Below, one piece after another: positions 21,871 to 34,462 of a stretch of DNA of 64,000 nucleotides (positions are counted from its first letter, which is position 1; the number at the start of each line of letters is the position of its first letter). The notes under the pieces are model-generated. The model ran no database searches and was not told where the DNA came from. It was given only the letters and a program-made list of their open reading frames with translations. Origin of the DNA: Rhynchobatus australiae (taxonomy: Eukaryota); assembly GCA_034780895.1 (NCBI GenBank), contig JAUZTB010000073.1, forward strand, positions 10,223,658-10,287,657, in the 5' to 3' direction. The position numbers and the translations under genes were made by a program.

Positions 21871-23639
21871 TCACCCCTTCTGCACTCTGACAAAGAGAAA
21901 TAATAATTTGAAGAATATCTCCAAACATTCAGACCAAATACATTGTTCAGAAGTGCAGTCACTCTTTCTCTGACAGAAAATTTCCACAAACAAGTGCAAA
22001 ATAAGTGAATTGTTGTTCTGTTTTGGTAGTTTACTATGAGCGTATCCTTGACAACAATCTGCTCATTTTTTGAGCTGTGCCATGTTGTATCTCAGAGACA
22101 CCATAATAATTTAACAGGGTCTTTAATGAACATCTCTTTACAACATCAATGGCTCCATATTTCAGTTCTGGGGTATATTGGTCAGGCGGTGGATCAGAGC
22201 ATTTGGGGATGTGCAGGGAGGGTCAACATTGTGACAAATTGAAGTGACAGAGCAAACTGACACAACAGTTAAGCTTAAGAGAGTTTTTCAGCATTAACAT
22301 TTTCCAAAATAACAATGTCATTGCCAGAGTTTTTTTTTCCCAATTTTATCCAGCTGTGTCTTATGATCAACTTAAGTAGCATGGCAAGTTGCCATTTCCT
22401 GAGGCAGCTTCAATTTTATATTAATTCTCTAATTTTTCTCTCTTTACCCCTCTCCCCACATTTGGGTTCAGATACTGTAGCTAACAATGTCACAGTTTCA
22501 TTGCCTCTTTCAAATATGTGATGCACTCTATTAGTTCCCTCTTTATCCATTTGATCTTCTGCAGAAACATATGCAGGGGATAATTGTTGGATTTTCATGT
22601 CCCTCAAAGGTCCTGAAACATCTGTTTATTTACCAATATTGCTAACTAGAATATTTCCACATTAGTGGAATTTCACTCAGGGTGCCAATGTTGATATTTT
22701 TACATCCATGTATTGATTTTCATGCTAACAGCTGCCTAACGTTTAATGTTAATTTGTAGTAAACTCAATTATTTTGTGGTAAAATATTCACGCTGAATGA
22801 GTCCTGCATGAGTGGTTGAGTAGATTTAACATAACCTCTTGTCATAGCTGTTATATAGAGTCAGTCCAACAAGCTCAGAAAGACAGCCCTTATCCTGGGC
22901 TGCAGTTAAAGCCTGATTAACAACATTAATACTCACATAGCTAGGTATTATTGCTTGGAATGAATCTTACTGTCATCTGCAAAGAAATTATTTAAGAATA
23001 ATTTTCCTTTCTGCTTATCCTATTCAACGCCAGGGTACCTGATGTCTCTGGAGTGACATTGAGTGATACACTGGATGAAGCTTTTTTTTCTGGGAGACAG
23101 ATTAATCGAAACATCAGTTTCACCTTTCCCCCACCCCTATCCCCACCAAATTTACTCTCCTTTGAAGATAACGGAGTGTAATTTTGAGCAGAGTGTAAAA
23201 TCTGATCTCAAGGGTTTCCCACTTATTAGGTTAAAATTATCTTGTCCGACTGCTGTTCTTTCCTTTCAGGTTCATGGTTTTAATCCAGTTTAGGATTAAC
23301 CTATCTCCTTTATATTGATTGACAGCGTTCTAAGTAAATTTGAGCATGGACAACAGTGGCCCAATTTCCAGTGACAATGGCATCACAGCACAAAATTATC
23401 TATAATTTAGAACTAACTGAATAATAAGCAATCTCATCCAGAAAGTCATAAGAATTACTGGTGCATGAAATAGAACTCTTGCTGAATGTGGAGCAGGTGT
23501 CTTATTGAAATAAGGGTTCAAGTACATAGCTCAGGCCATCAGAAGAAACTTTAAGTTACATCTGACCCAGGATATGCATCACTTGGGATGACTCAATATT
23601 CCCCGTTTTTCTTCCCACAAGATCAAGCTGAATAAAAAT

Positions 23640-23800
23640 GAGGAAAAAACCTTTGAATGCTGGTAATCTGAAAGAAAAATAGAAAATATTGGAAACAATC
23701 AGCGTCTGTGGAAAGAGAAACAGTAAATGATTCAGGTTTGAAACCCTTTATCAAAACTGCTGCCTGACCTTCTGAGGCTCCAGTATTTCCTATTTCTATT
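23640..23800. mobile_element. Penelope-derived foldback element (internally deleted)
   Basis: gaatgctggtaatctgaaagaaaaatagaaaatattggaaac..tctgtggaaagagaaacag..ttcaggtttgaaaccctttatcaaaac..ctgcctgacc..cagtatttcctatttc. Confidence 0.7.
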
Positions 23801-25564
23801 AACCTGAATAATCATTACTGGTTTTAAACCAGTAACACTGGCAACAATAAAAACCCCCATCCATTCATATGGCATAGCTGTACATGGCAACATTGGGTGT
23901 AAATTTAGTTGTTAATCTCAGTCATTGAGTCATCTCAAATGGAAGATTAGATAAACAGACATCTGCATCAGCTGCATGATACCTTAATTTGTGTGTGAAT
24001 TTGCCCATGCTGTATTGTCAAATGTAGTAGGAATTATCATCTGACCAAAGTGCATTGCACTTTAAACAAGTGTAATTACTGTAAAAATAAATTGTGCTTT
24101 ATTGTTTATAAAGTATTCAGACAAAATAATATGGCGTTAAAAGAAATCTGAGCATTGATTATAGTTTCNNNNNNNNNNTGCTTAACTTGCTGCTGTATAA
24201 AGACAGTCTGAAGGCATGAAGCTTCAAAGCTCCTCTGCCATTACGTTTTTCTTATCTCTACAATTGTGTTGCTATAGAATTTCTACTTGCAATTATTTCT
24301 TCCTGAAACCTATCAAAATTGGAGGAGAACGCTGATATTTCTATTTCTGCAGCAAATCACTGATAAGCTGTGCCGAATTACTTATCTCCTACTCAAGAAT
24401 AGACACATCAGTTCCCATTTTATACCAGTCTTGCAACCTGTCACTAAACAGGAACATCTGAAATGATGTCCCTTTATCTGTGACTGTCCCACACAATTAT
24501 GTGTTGGTACATACAGTGAATCTACTTCTGTGAAGTTTGTATAATTTTTGCATTCCTTTAGGAGCCTTCCAGAAGAGATAAAGTTCAAAACTTAATCAAT
24601 CGCATTGAGCAAGGAGATGGGACTTTGCACTGTATGTATGAAGTACATTTTAACCATTTGCATTGCCTCACGCAACTCAATTAAGCAAAATTAAAAGTTA
24701 ACCTTTAAGCATGTTATTTTCTAACTGCTCTATGAATCAGCAACCAGATTCTAAACAATGAACAAAAGAACTGCCACTGTTGATCCATCTGAAATCCCAC
24801 ACAGCAGTTTGGAATGAAACTGCCATGCTGGGAAGAAATAAGCTACTTAATTCCAAAAATCATGGCTGGAATTTATCTGGGCTTTCTCCTGATATCTCAG
24901 CAAAGATTTGGCTAATGAGAAATGGAAACCCAAGATAATGAAACTCAATGTATCCAACACTTCTTCATGAGTTCCACTTCCAGACTAGAAGTAACTCCAC
25001 CTAAATTACATGCACGTGTCTGTGAAAGGAATCAACTGCTGAGGTCACGATTCTACTTGCTCAGTTTGACCCCTATTCTGTCTGGCTCAGTATATGTTTT
25101 CTGCCATTATGTAAGGACTGGAAGCCTCAATGTACATTGTACATGCCTGGTGAAGAGAGAAGAGGAAGAATATTCGTTGTTCTCCTGGAGCAAAGGAAGA
25201 CATGCTTTGTGGTAAGCTGCTGTGCAATTGGAAAAGTATGGGAAGAATACCAGGNNNNNNNNNNNNNNNNNNNNNNNNNNNNNNNNNNNNNNNNNNNNNN
25301 NNNNNNNNNNNNNNNNNNNNNNNNNNNNNNNNNNNNNNNNNNNNNNNNNNNNNNNNNNNNNNNNNNNNNNNNNNNNNNNNNNNNNNNNNNNNNNNNNNNN
25401 NNNNNNNNNNNNNNNNNNNNNNNNNNNNNNNNNNNNNNNNNCGAGAGGGGCTGAGTGGCCTACTCCTGCTTCTGTTACCTCTGCTCTGCTGAGATCAAGA
25501 ACAGGTTCTGCGGTAAGTGGGAAATGACCTTGCGGAGAGCTTGAGACTCCAATCCCACCTTGCA

Positions 25565-25700
25565 AATTCAAGTTCAAGTTTATTGTCAAAGGCATACATG
25601 CACAGGATATAAATGCCATGAAAATTAGTTAAAATTAGCAGCATAGCAGGTTACAAACATGACAAACATAAACTTAAATTGACATTACTTGCAAAATTGA
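25565..25700 (-). mobile_element. Non-LTR retroelement 3' tail (L2/Rex1-type)
   Basis: caagttcaagtttattgtca is the reversed tail tgacaataaacttgaacttg with short terminal repeats. Confidence 0.55.
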
Positions 25701-26120
25701 GGGAGTGAAAAAGAAATATTGTCCAAGGTAATACCGGGATTGGTCACAATCAGAGGAATTTGGAAACGTGAACAGTAGGTGCCTCTAAATCGCAGGAGAA
25801 ATCTCCTCATTCTGCTGAAGTTATATGTTTTTATCTTAGTTCAAGGTTTTGCAAACATATTTTGAGTTGCCTGTAGGAATTATTACAGGATCAACAACCC
25901 ACTTTCAACAGGTTAAATCAATACAAGTACTGGGAAGTCAAATGTAATAATTTATTTGCGTAGTGCAGCACTTTTATACAGAATTTGGATAGCTTTTGAT
26001 TTGTTATCTCAGTGGTAACTCCGTTAAGTCACGCAACCAGCGGAACTACACCCGTTACTACTGAGTGTGATCTGTGCTAAGGTATGTTGGACACACACCG
26101 ACGATGACCACTTCTGGCCA

Positions 26121-26170
26121 AGTTTGGAAATTTGAGGAAACCTGTGGAAAATTGTGGAAACTTCTGGAAA
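26121..26170 (+). repeat. Five 10-bp units each ending in GGAAA
   Basis: agtttggaaa tttgaggaaa cctgtggaaa attgtggaaa cttctggaaa. Confidence 0.9.
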
Positions 26171-26559
26171 TTTGACCAGACATGACATCAGTCACCCTCC
26201 AGTTCCTGATATGATTCCTTCTCACCTGATTGCCTCGGTATTTCTTTCATTTCCTCTTAAAGGCACTAGAGGATAGTCTACAAAACGTACAAAGTGCTTG
26301 ATTAATAAGAGGAACTAACAAAAAGCCAGGGCAGCATTTCTGCGGTGTGTGTTGCTCCAGAGAGCCAGACTTTTGACAAGTTGCTTTCAAAGTGTAGCAC
26401 AATGCAGAGAGTAGTTGGTCACATGCTGAAGTCAATAGATGGGTTCCAAACAATATTAAATGTATTACATCTCTCCTTTAATCATGAAAAATCAAAGGAA
26501 ACAAAAAAAAATTAAAATATTAGTCCCGTCTCTATGTGCTTCAATTTGTGGCAAAGTCT

Positions 26560-26770
26560 TCCCATTAATTGGGTTGATGGACTTTCTTTCAAGATCTGAA
26601 TTGCAGTGATGGTGGTTCTCCACTGGCCAAGTTGTGGTGTTCTTGCTCTGCTGGGTTATGTTGCATACTCCAATGTTTCCAGATGTGCATCCAGCAAAAA
26701 AGTTTCTGTGGTGGCCCTCCTGAGAGAGTGCCTTTTCCTCTGATATAAATAAGCCCTCCTCTGTCATGAC
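26560..26770 (-). mobile_element. Possible Gypsy integrase N-terminal relic
   Basis: EEGLFI......GNIGVCNITQQSKNTTTWP loosely resembles DGLL...H.GH.G......AR...WWP. Confidence 0.3.
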
Positions 26771-27344
26771 CTCATATGATCTGGGATGTGGTGTGTGTCA
26801 AGTCGGGTGTCGGTTCGGTATGGGGCTTCATCCTCACTGTGCCTCCTGCTCTGAGAAGTGCCAATATCTACAGCAGATCTGTTGCATTAAAGGACCTGTT
26901 TCTATGCTGTATGATTCCGATTCTAAGACTCTCTCTGCTGTGGACTTTATCCCTCTAAATTCTTCAAGTACAGTATTCACTGAAACTCCCTGGCATTGTA
27001 TTCATTCCAAATGGCATTCTTCTCCAATGATATCTCTCAAATAGTGTTCTTTAACTTTGAGCTCTCCACATCAACACATTCCTTTCATTCAGTGCACTGA
27101 AGGTCTTGTGTTCTACTTAGATGTGGCAAAATATATTTTTTATCATCATCATTCCTCTTCAACTCGTCATTGAGATCTCTTGGTTACANNNNNNNNNNNN
27201 NNNNNNNNNNNNNNNNNNNNNNNNNNNNNNNNNNNNNNNNNNNNNNNNNNNNNNNNNNNNNNNNNNNNNNNNNNNNNNNNNNNNNNNNNNNNNNNNNNNN
27301 NNNNNNNNNNNNNNNNNNNNNNNNNNNNNNNNNNNNNNNNNNNN

Positions 27345-27480
27345 TGAGGAAGGACACGATTGAGAAATGCAAAATTGTGAGGGGCATGGACAGCAAAGAT
27401 AATTGGAAACAGCTCATCCAGCACTCCAATCTTGAACAAGTGTGATGAGAATTGCAGGAGATTAGTATAGACAACAGGTC
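27345..27480 (+). mobile_element. CR1 fragment adjoining gap
   Basis: DTIEKCKIVRGMDSKD resembles DLIEVYKIMRG.DRVD. Confidence 0.65.
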
Positions 27481-27597
27481 CAGTGCAGGTGACCAGGCAC
27501 AGTGTGTTATCTCAGTCTTTTACACTCAGGTTTCAGAGAAAAGTACTGGGACAAAATAATTGCGAACTTTGACGTGAGTTTGCTTCAATATATATAT

Positions 27598-27775
27598 AGA
27601 CTCAAGAGACTGCATATGCTGGGATCTGGAGCAAAAAACAAGCTGCTGGAGGAACTCGTGGGTCAGGCAGCATCTGTGGAGGCTTGATTTTTCTGGTCAA
27701 GACCCTGAAGCAGTCCTCCAGGTGCTGCCTCCACAGATGCTGCCTGACCCACTGAGTTCGTCCATCAGTTTTTAG
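27598..27775. mobile_element. Penelope-derived foldback element
   Basis: gaactcgtgggtcaggcagcatctgtggaggc is paired with gcctccacagatgctgcctgacccactgagttc. Confidence 0.85.
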
Positions 27776-27917
27776 GTTCATAATATCACTTGAAAATTCA
27801 TTACTATGATAATTCTGTGATGTTTAAAATAGTCTTGAAGCTCAACACTAAAAAATGGCACAGACCTTAATCAGTAATTTCTGTAAGTTTTAACAGTGGC
27901 TGAATTACCCTTTATAT

Positions 27918-28105
27918 ACTATTTCAGATTTCTAGCATCCGCAATATAAACAGAAAGCAATGCTTCAAATATTCAATAGGTCAGCATCACCGGGAGAGAG
28001 AGGGAAAGAGTTCCGATTTCAGGTTAGTGACCTGAACATTAATTCTGTCTGTCTCTCAACAGATGCTACCTGACTTGGCGAGTGTGCTCAGCATTTTCTA
28101 TTTAC
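27918..28105. mobile_element. Penelope-derived foldback element (degenerate)
   Basis: aggtcagcatc..gagagagag..tttcaggt|tagtg|acctgaa..ctctc.acagatgct.cctgac..cagcattttct. Confidence 0.75.
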
Positions 28106-28740
28106 ATGGAGCAGATTGCTCATCCTTTCCCTCTGTTATGAGATAAACTCTCTTAGTTCCATAAATTTATCCAACCTTTCACAAAGAGGTTTGCCATCCT
28201 CAGTGAAGCACAGAAAGTGGTCAAAGTTATCTTGAATTTTGATTATCTTCTATCACTCTGTGTCTGCTTGAAATCATTTTCCACAGATAATTACTAGTGA
28301 GCATTGTTTTTCTTGCAGAAGGATAATTTCATGCAGGCAGGTATTCTTACCTGCAGTGGGGTAGGGGTGTAGGGGGAGTGTTGCTGTGGTAACCTGAAAT
28401 GTCCTCAAGGTCAGGTGCTGGTGCACCCAACCTTCTACTCCAGTGCTGGATTCACCATTGACTCCAGCAGCAAAGCAGCAACATCCTGATTAACTATATC
28501 AGTCTTTCAGCCAAAAAGTACAGGTGTTCAAATGGCAACCCTGTTCATTTGAGTGGGGGGTGGGGTCACTCATGTTGTGGTGAAAGATGAGTGTTCAACT
28601 TATTTCACTTCAAAGTCTTTAACCATTTGTTACTATTTCAAGGTGCTGTAAGTTATGAATGTGTTTCAAATTTTGAATCATTTCAGTCTATTTGAATAAT
28701 TTTTGTTCTCTCTGATCATCTGAGACATTGAAGTCTCTGT

Positions 28741-29003
28741 TATCCCTCCAACCCTACACCCCCCATGTTAGTCACAAGACACTGATACCCCTCCAACCCT
28801 AGACACCTCGTGTTATTGGTACCAGGGCACTGATACCCCTCCAACCCTACACACACTATATTAATGCAACAAGACACGAATAGCCCTCCAACCCTACACA
28901 CCCTGTGTTATTGGTACCAGGGCACTGATACCCCTCCAATCCAACACACCCTATATTAATGCAATAAGACACTCATACCCCTTGAATCCTACACACCCCA
29001 TGT
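28741..29003 (+). repeat. Minisatellite, about six 45-48-bp units with alternating A/B (95-bp dimer) structure
   Basis: Units start at 28741, 28786, 28834, 28881, 28929 and 28976 with tacccctccaaccctacac. Units 2 and 4 carry gtgttattggtaccagggcactga; units 3 and 5 carry ctatattaatgcaa.aagacac. Confidence 0.95.
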
Positions 29004-29009
29004 TGGTGG

Positions 29010-29833
29010 CATGAGAATTTGCAGCCAGCAAGCTGTCAGAGACCATCAGTGAATTTGGGGATGGGGCTTCTGCTTGAGGTTCCTCTGAATCTACTCTGCA
29101 TCACCTGATGCCACTTGGCCAAACAGGTCAGCTTCACAAGGGGTATGAAGGGCCACAGGCAACAAGCCCCAGCAGCAGAACAGGTCCAGCACAATTGGAC
29201 ATTGTTCCTGCTTTGTTATGTTCAGTTGGATCTTGTGGTCTGGCCTCCTGAGCTCCGCATTTATGTTTCAGGCTGTGAAAGGCAAACCTCCCTGGTCTTC
29301 TACAGTCCAGAGCCCGGGGCAAGGGGCATGATCTGGATAACATCAGTGCCTCAGACGGGACAGAGAGGAGACCCACTCCCCAAAATGTTCCTGACAGTTA
29401 GCAAAGCTGGGGGTGAGGTTTGCCAACTGTCACACCTGCAACTGATTTTTAATGATTTTGAAATGACTTTAAAATCACTTGCAAATGATTCACATTGAAA
29501 TTAATAATTTTAAGAAATTAAAAATGACTAACTTTTTCTTAAAGAGTTGAAAACATTCAGTAAAAACACATCTATCTTCCACATTACTGTGTGACCTGTA
29601 ATTCCCTTTGCAAGTGATGGCATTTCTCCAGCTGCTGTGACATGGCACAAAATTGTAAGGGCAATTAGTCAGTGTAATTCCTGGGAAGGTCAACAAGTCG
29701 GACTTCCATCAGTGAAGCTGAGTGACAGGATCTGCCTTCCAAACTGTCAGTAGGTCCTGTATTTGACTGTGCAAGTGTGGAAATATGGGTTTGACTGAAG
29801 TTTTAATAGCTGGAGGTCAGCAAATTCCACCCC
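29010..29833. mobile_element. Possible non-autonomous Harbinger-type element
   Basis: Ends in aaattccacccc, a typical shark Harbinger-like terminus, with gagaattt at the left edge. GC-richer interior. Confidence 0.3.
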
Positions 29834-29924
29834 ATATATTATTTTTAATATGCTTTCAAAAAAAGAAATCTATAGCTGAGTAGATTCTAAAGCAGGAGTG
29901 AAATCTGAAGCAGGATAGAAATGA

Positions 29925-30005
29925 ACTGTCAATGGAAATATCTCTGGAAATATTCAGCATCTGTGGAGAGAGAAGCAGTATCAGGTTAATGACCTGTCAT
30001 CATTT
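29925..30005. mobile_element. Penelope-derived terminal repeat (half copy)
   Basis: ctggaaatattcagcatctgtggagagagaagcag..tcaggttaatgacctgtcatca. Confidence 0.7.
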
Positions 30006-32179
30006 TTAATTTTTGGAGAGTATTTTAATATTTTTAGTTGATTATTTGTACATCATTACAAACCTCTATCTTAGATTATTTCAGATCAAGATCACTCTCA
30101 GAAAATCCTACAGTGTATCTGCCTAAAGAGGATTCTCTTTGGCATTTGCTCACATGCCCAGGGTGAAGGAAACAGCAAATCTCTTTGTTATTTAGCTACC
30201 TTTAATTGTTGCATTCTTGCAATGTCTCCATGAGATCATAATTAGAAGTGGTAACACCTGACATCTAACTACAGTTCAGTTTAAAATATCACAATGAATG
30301 CATTACCTACCCCCATTCCTTATGGTTACATATGTACAGGAGATATGCTTGTGCACTGCTTCTTGTCAATGAAAATAATAAACCTATTTTAACTCAAAGA
30401 ACTGTTCACTCTTTGTAAATAACTTAAAAATGCACACGCTAATTATTCTCAACATTCCTCACCAGTGTAAGAGTCCAAATAATCTACAGCTTCTTGCAAA
30501 ATTCAGCAATGGATTCCGATTTCCTGAGATTTTCAACAGGTCCTTAGTCTATAGCAGACCACATAAATAAATACCTGCCAAAATGCTGCCAACACTGCTC
30601 AGTTTGCCTTTTTGGTCCAAAGAGGTAAGTAGGAAATAAAAGTTAGAAAAAGGGAAGATTTGGATGAGTAGTATGTACTTTCACTAAGCTGGCATCAACA
30701 TGATTGTTCAAATGACCTCTTTCCACAGCACCTCCAAAGGATAGATTTTTTAAAAATTCAAAAATGTTGATAAATATCCCATAATTTTAAGAAGAAACTT
30801 CTGATTCTACCAATATAGTGAATGACACAGATCAACTAAACTGGTTATTGTCCCTGCTGGAATTACTGTCACAACTTGTAATGTTATAACAAAATAAGCA
30901 TGGTANNNNNNNNNNNNNNNNNNNNNNNNNNNNNNNNNNNTCTATGAATAGATTTAAAGCAAATCTGGTCAATCAAAATGGGAACAATACCATTTTTGCC
31001 ACCTTATTATTGTAGCTAATCATCAGGTGATAAGAAAAAAATGGTTGTTAAGCCATCGCTGCAAATTACCAATTGTTCATTCAGCATCTTCAAAGGAAAA
31101 AATATCTTTTTCCATAATAACTCTGTGACTATCAATGCTTTTTAATTAATTCAATTCTTCTTTCTGCACAAATACAAATGTTTTATGTGACATTCTGTCC
31201 AGAAAAGGACGAACGTCAATAGCCTGATGTTCTTTTCATTTTATTCTACTCAGCGTTATTGTATCTTTGCAAAAATGAAAAGCAATATGCGTACATGATT
31301 ATGGATTGAAAATAGAAGAAATATTCTTATGGCATCAAGTTCATGAGAAAACCTTGAATTACAATGCAGAATTGGAAATATTGCTTGTGGAATAGTCAAC
31401 TTCCTCATGTGACCAAACATTGATTCAGAAGCAGATTCTGTTTTAAAACTAGTTTGGACCAGTTGCTTATTTATTTCAGCTGCTGTGATGGATTACACTA
31501 AAAGCATGAGTTTTCTTCCAATTCTCATCAACCCGCTATGCATTTACATTGCCTAATAATTTTATTTTAGATTTCTAATAAGCATTATCTCCACATCTTA
31601 TTTATATCCATGATTGAAAAAAGGCAAAACTAAGGAAGTAGAAGTGACAATCGCTCCTTCATTTACTTGTCTGAAGGTTGCAGTTTTACTGCAATGTTTN
31701 NNNNNNNNNNNNNNNNNNNNNNNNNNNNNNNNNNNNNNNNNNNNNNNNNNNNNNNNTAATATAATGAAGAGTGACTCCCCACCTCTCCATAAAACTACAT
31801 TGCAACAATTTGAGTTTGCACGAAGTGCAGTATAACTGCATGCCAAAGAGGATGCAGTTAGTAGTGTTGAAGTTGTTCATGACACCAAGTGTTTTTATTT
31901 GTGGATTTTTTTTATTGATGATGCAATTATGGTTGCCCTACACTGTGCATTACTTCTTGTTCAGTGTATAGGTACTTTATAAATTTCCCTGCTCTTGAAA
32001 TCCATTAACAGGGTAGGCAATGATGTCCCAGTGAAACCAATTGCACTCTTTCTGATCAGCAGCCCCTCGATTCCAAGTGATGGCAAAATTGAAATCAAGG
32101 GTACAGTTTAATGGTGGAGATCTTAATGGTGGTGATGTCCTATAGACCCCCAATCCCCAATCAGTTCAAAACTCACCAG

Positions 32180-32445
32180 GAGAAGCTAAATTCAATTTAG
32201 TGTCTCTGGGATTTAAAACAAAATATTAGTAATTAGGTAACAATGAAACTATAGAATTGTTAGAAAAAGCTAACACTACTAACATCCATCAGGGAGGTAG
32301 ATCAACTATCCTGGTTTGGTCTGGCCTATATGAAAAGGTTGTTGACTCTTATCTGCCCTGAGACATAGTCTCACAAAGTACTCAGGGGAGGACAATAGCA
32401 TTCTTGTTTTGTCCACAAATCAAAACACCTGGTGTCATGAATGAC
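32180..32445 (+). mobile_element. Degenerate Meta-type (MESC-like) SINE
   Basis: atgaaacta..ttgttagaaaa..actaacatcc.tcagggagg..tcc..ggtctggcctatatg..ttgactctta.ctgccct..actcag..catgaatga. Confidence 0.65.
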
Positions 32446-34231
32446 TTGTAAAATGATGACAAATCCTGTGATTTTTATTTTAAAAAGTATGCTTTGGGGA
32501 TCTGGGTTAAGCTGTCTGATTCTGTACTTGTGCTAGTTTTCTGGAAAAGCTACTGATTAGATCCATGCCTTTGCTCTTTCCTNNNNNNNNNNCAGAGACC
32601 TGTAAGCTTTTTCTCCCACTTTTGGTAGCGATCCAAGTTGCCTTTAGAAAATTGCTATGAGTTTTTAATGTACTCCTGTTGTGTGGATATCAAAAATTAA
32701 TAGATGTAAATTTCAACATTGTTTTCCTGAAGGTGCGGGTTCTTTGACAGGTAATTTGTAGAGGTGCCAGTCCCTCACTCCTATCTTGCCTAGTGGGCAC
32801 TACTATTCCCATCTGAGCATTGATGATGGGGTCACTGATTTTTCTGACTTTGGTTGGGTGACAGCTGAGTTCAATCGACACATTCACTACCAGCATCAGA
32901 AATTGGATACTGACCAAGAACATGATCTGTGACCATTTTATATCTCATTAACAATTTACGATTGAGGCATTAAAAGAAACATGGATGACATCAATTATAG
33001 CACAGATCTTGCCATATCAACTGAGATCAAAAATTGAACCTCAGGCTTTAAGAGTTTACAGAGCTATGCGGCCATCAAGAGTGCACCACTCAGTCTTTTA
33101 AATATGAATTTTGGTAGCTATAAAGCCATCAGATGACTCAGCTCTCCAACAAATGTACTTTTATTTTCATGTCAGGAGATCTAAAAATATGATTTGATAT
33201 TTCATTGGTCTTTGATTTCATTCATATTATTGGGGAGACTTGTGGTATCTGCTGCAAGTTTGTGGTTCCGCTGACTCCAAGATTTTTCCTTAACCTCAAA
33301 ATGCAGCAAGAATATATGGCATTCTGAGGAAATTGTCTTTCATGTAATGAATCAATAATCCTCTTTGTTTTTGCATGCATGTGTCTGATGGAAAGCTCAG
33401 TGAATTGAACGGTGTATAAGAATCTCTTACTCCATTAATTGATGGAGTGCTTTGATAGCAGATCTGGTGACACACAGCTGCCATTTAAACCAGAGATGAA
33501 GCATTCACCTGCTTAACCATCCAGATCACCATCTGCAATATGTTGATCTGTAAAATCAAATTTCACATTGAATAATCACACAGCTGAAGTCAGCAATCTG
33601 CAAAAGGAAAGACAAATTCTGTACATAAGTAATGGTTGTTTAGTTTTGTTGTGAGACTGAAGCACATTGAGTGTTGCTGGCGGAATATTAATGCTAAAAT
33701 GAGAATGAATTAGCATAAAATACTGAGACATATTAAGCAGCATGTGTTGGAATGATAAGGGGATTAAGGAATTCTACAGGGACTTTTCCAAGAATATATC
33801 TTTAAGTGGATAAATGGAGGCAAGATTCTTTTGAAAATGCTTGAATATCGAGCAAATGAAGCTTACTGGATTTTAGAGTAACAGGAATAACTGCTTCACA
33901 ATTCCAAATGGGTCAAAAGTATCCATGGACGTACAAAGCAAGGCTGGTTTTCAAAGTTCTGATGCTATTTTTCTGAAATCAGTATGCAGGTAAACAATAT
34001 GTGTCCCACTTCCTCAAATACCTAATCTAGAACCAAGTACCTGCAAGCCAGTACTCACTCAGAAATGGTTCTGCTAGCATCAGTTGCAAGGTGGACTTGG
34101 TAGAAGAGAGCTATAGCATTGCAGGTATCTCTAAATAACAGGGTTCCAGTTAATCCAAACCCAGTCAAGATGTAGTAATAATAATTTCACTTGGACTAAT
34201 GCAGATAACTGCAGACCACTNNNNNNNNNNC

Positions 34232-34462
34232 TTGTCCACTGCATTATTATTCTCTCAATGGGTAGTGAATCTCTGGAACTCTCTGCCAAGATGGTGGTGG
34301 AGGCCAGACCATTGGATATATTTAAGGTGGAGGTAGATTGCAATTGAGGGACATGGGAAGAGGAGTTGAGGCCAACATAGATCAGCCATGATCACCTTGA
34401 ATGACGGGGCAGGCTTGAGGGGCCCGGTGGTCTCCTGCTCCTGTTTTCTTGTGGTATTATGA
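34232..34462 (+). mobile_element. CR1 LINE 3' end
   Basis: FSQWVVNLWNSLPRWVVEA..LDIFK.EVD motif. Tail agatcagccatgatc..gaatgacggggcaggcttgaggggcc..ctcctgctcct. Confidence 0.9.

Noticed and set aside
28741-29003. CRISPR-like repeat-spacer look
   Set aside because: The 'spacers' recur alternately, there are no cas genes, and the context is vertebrate. It is a minisatellite.
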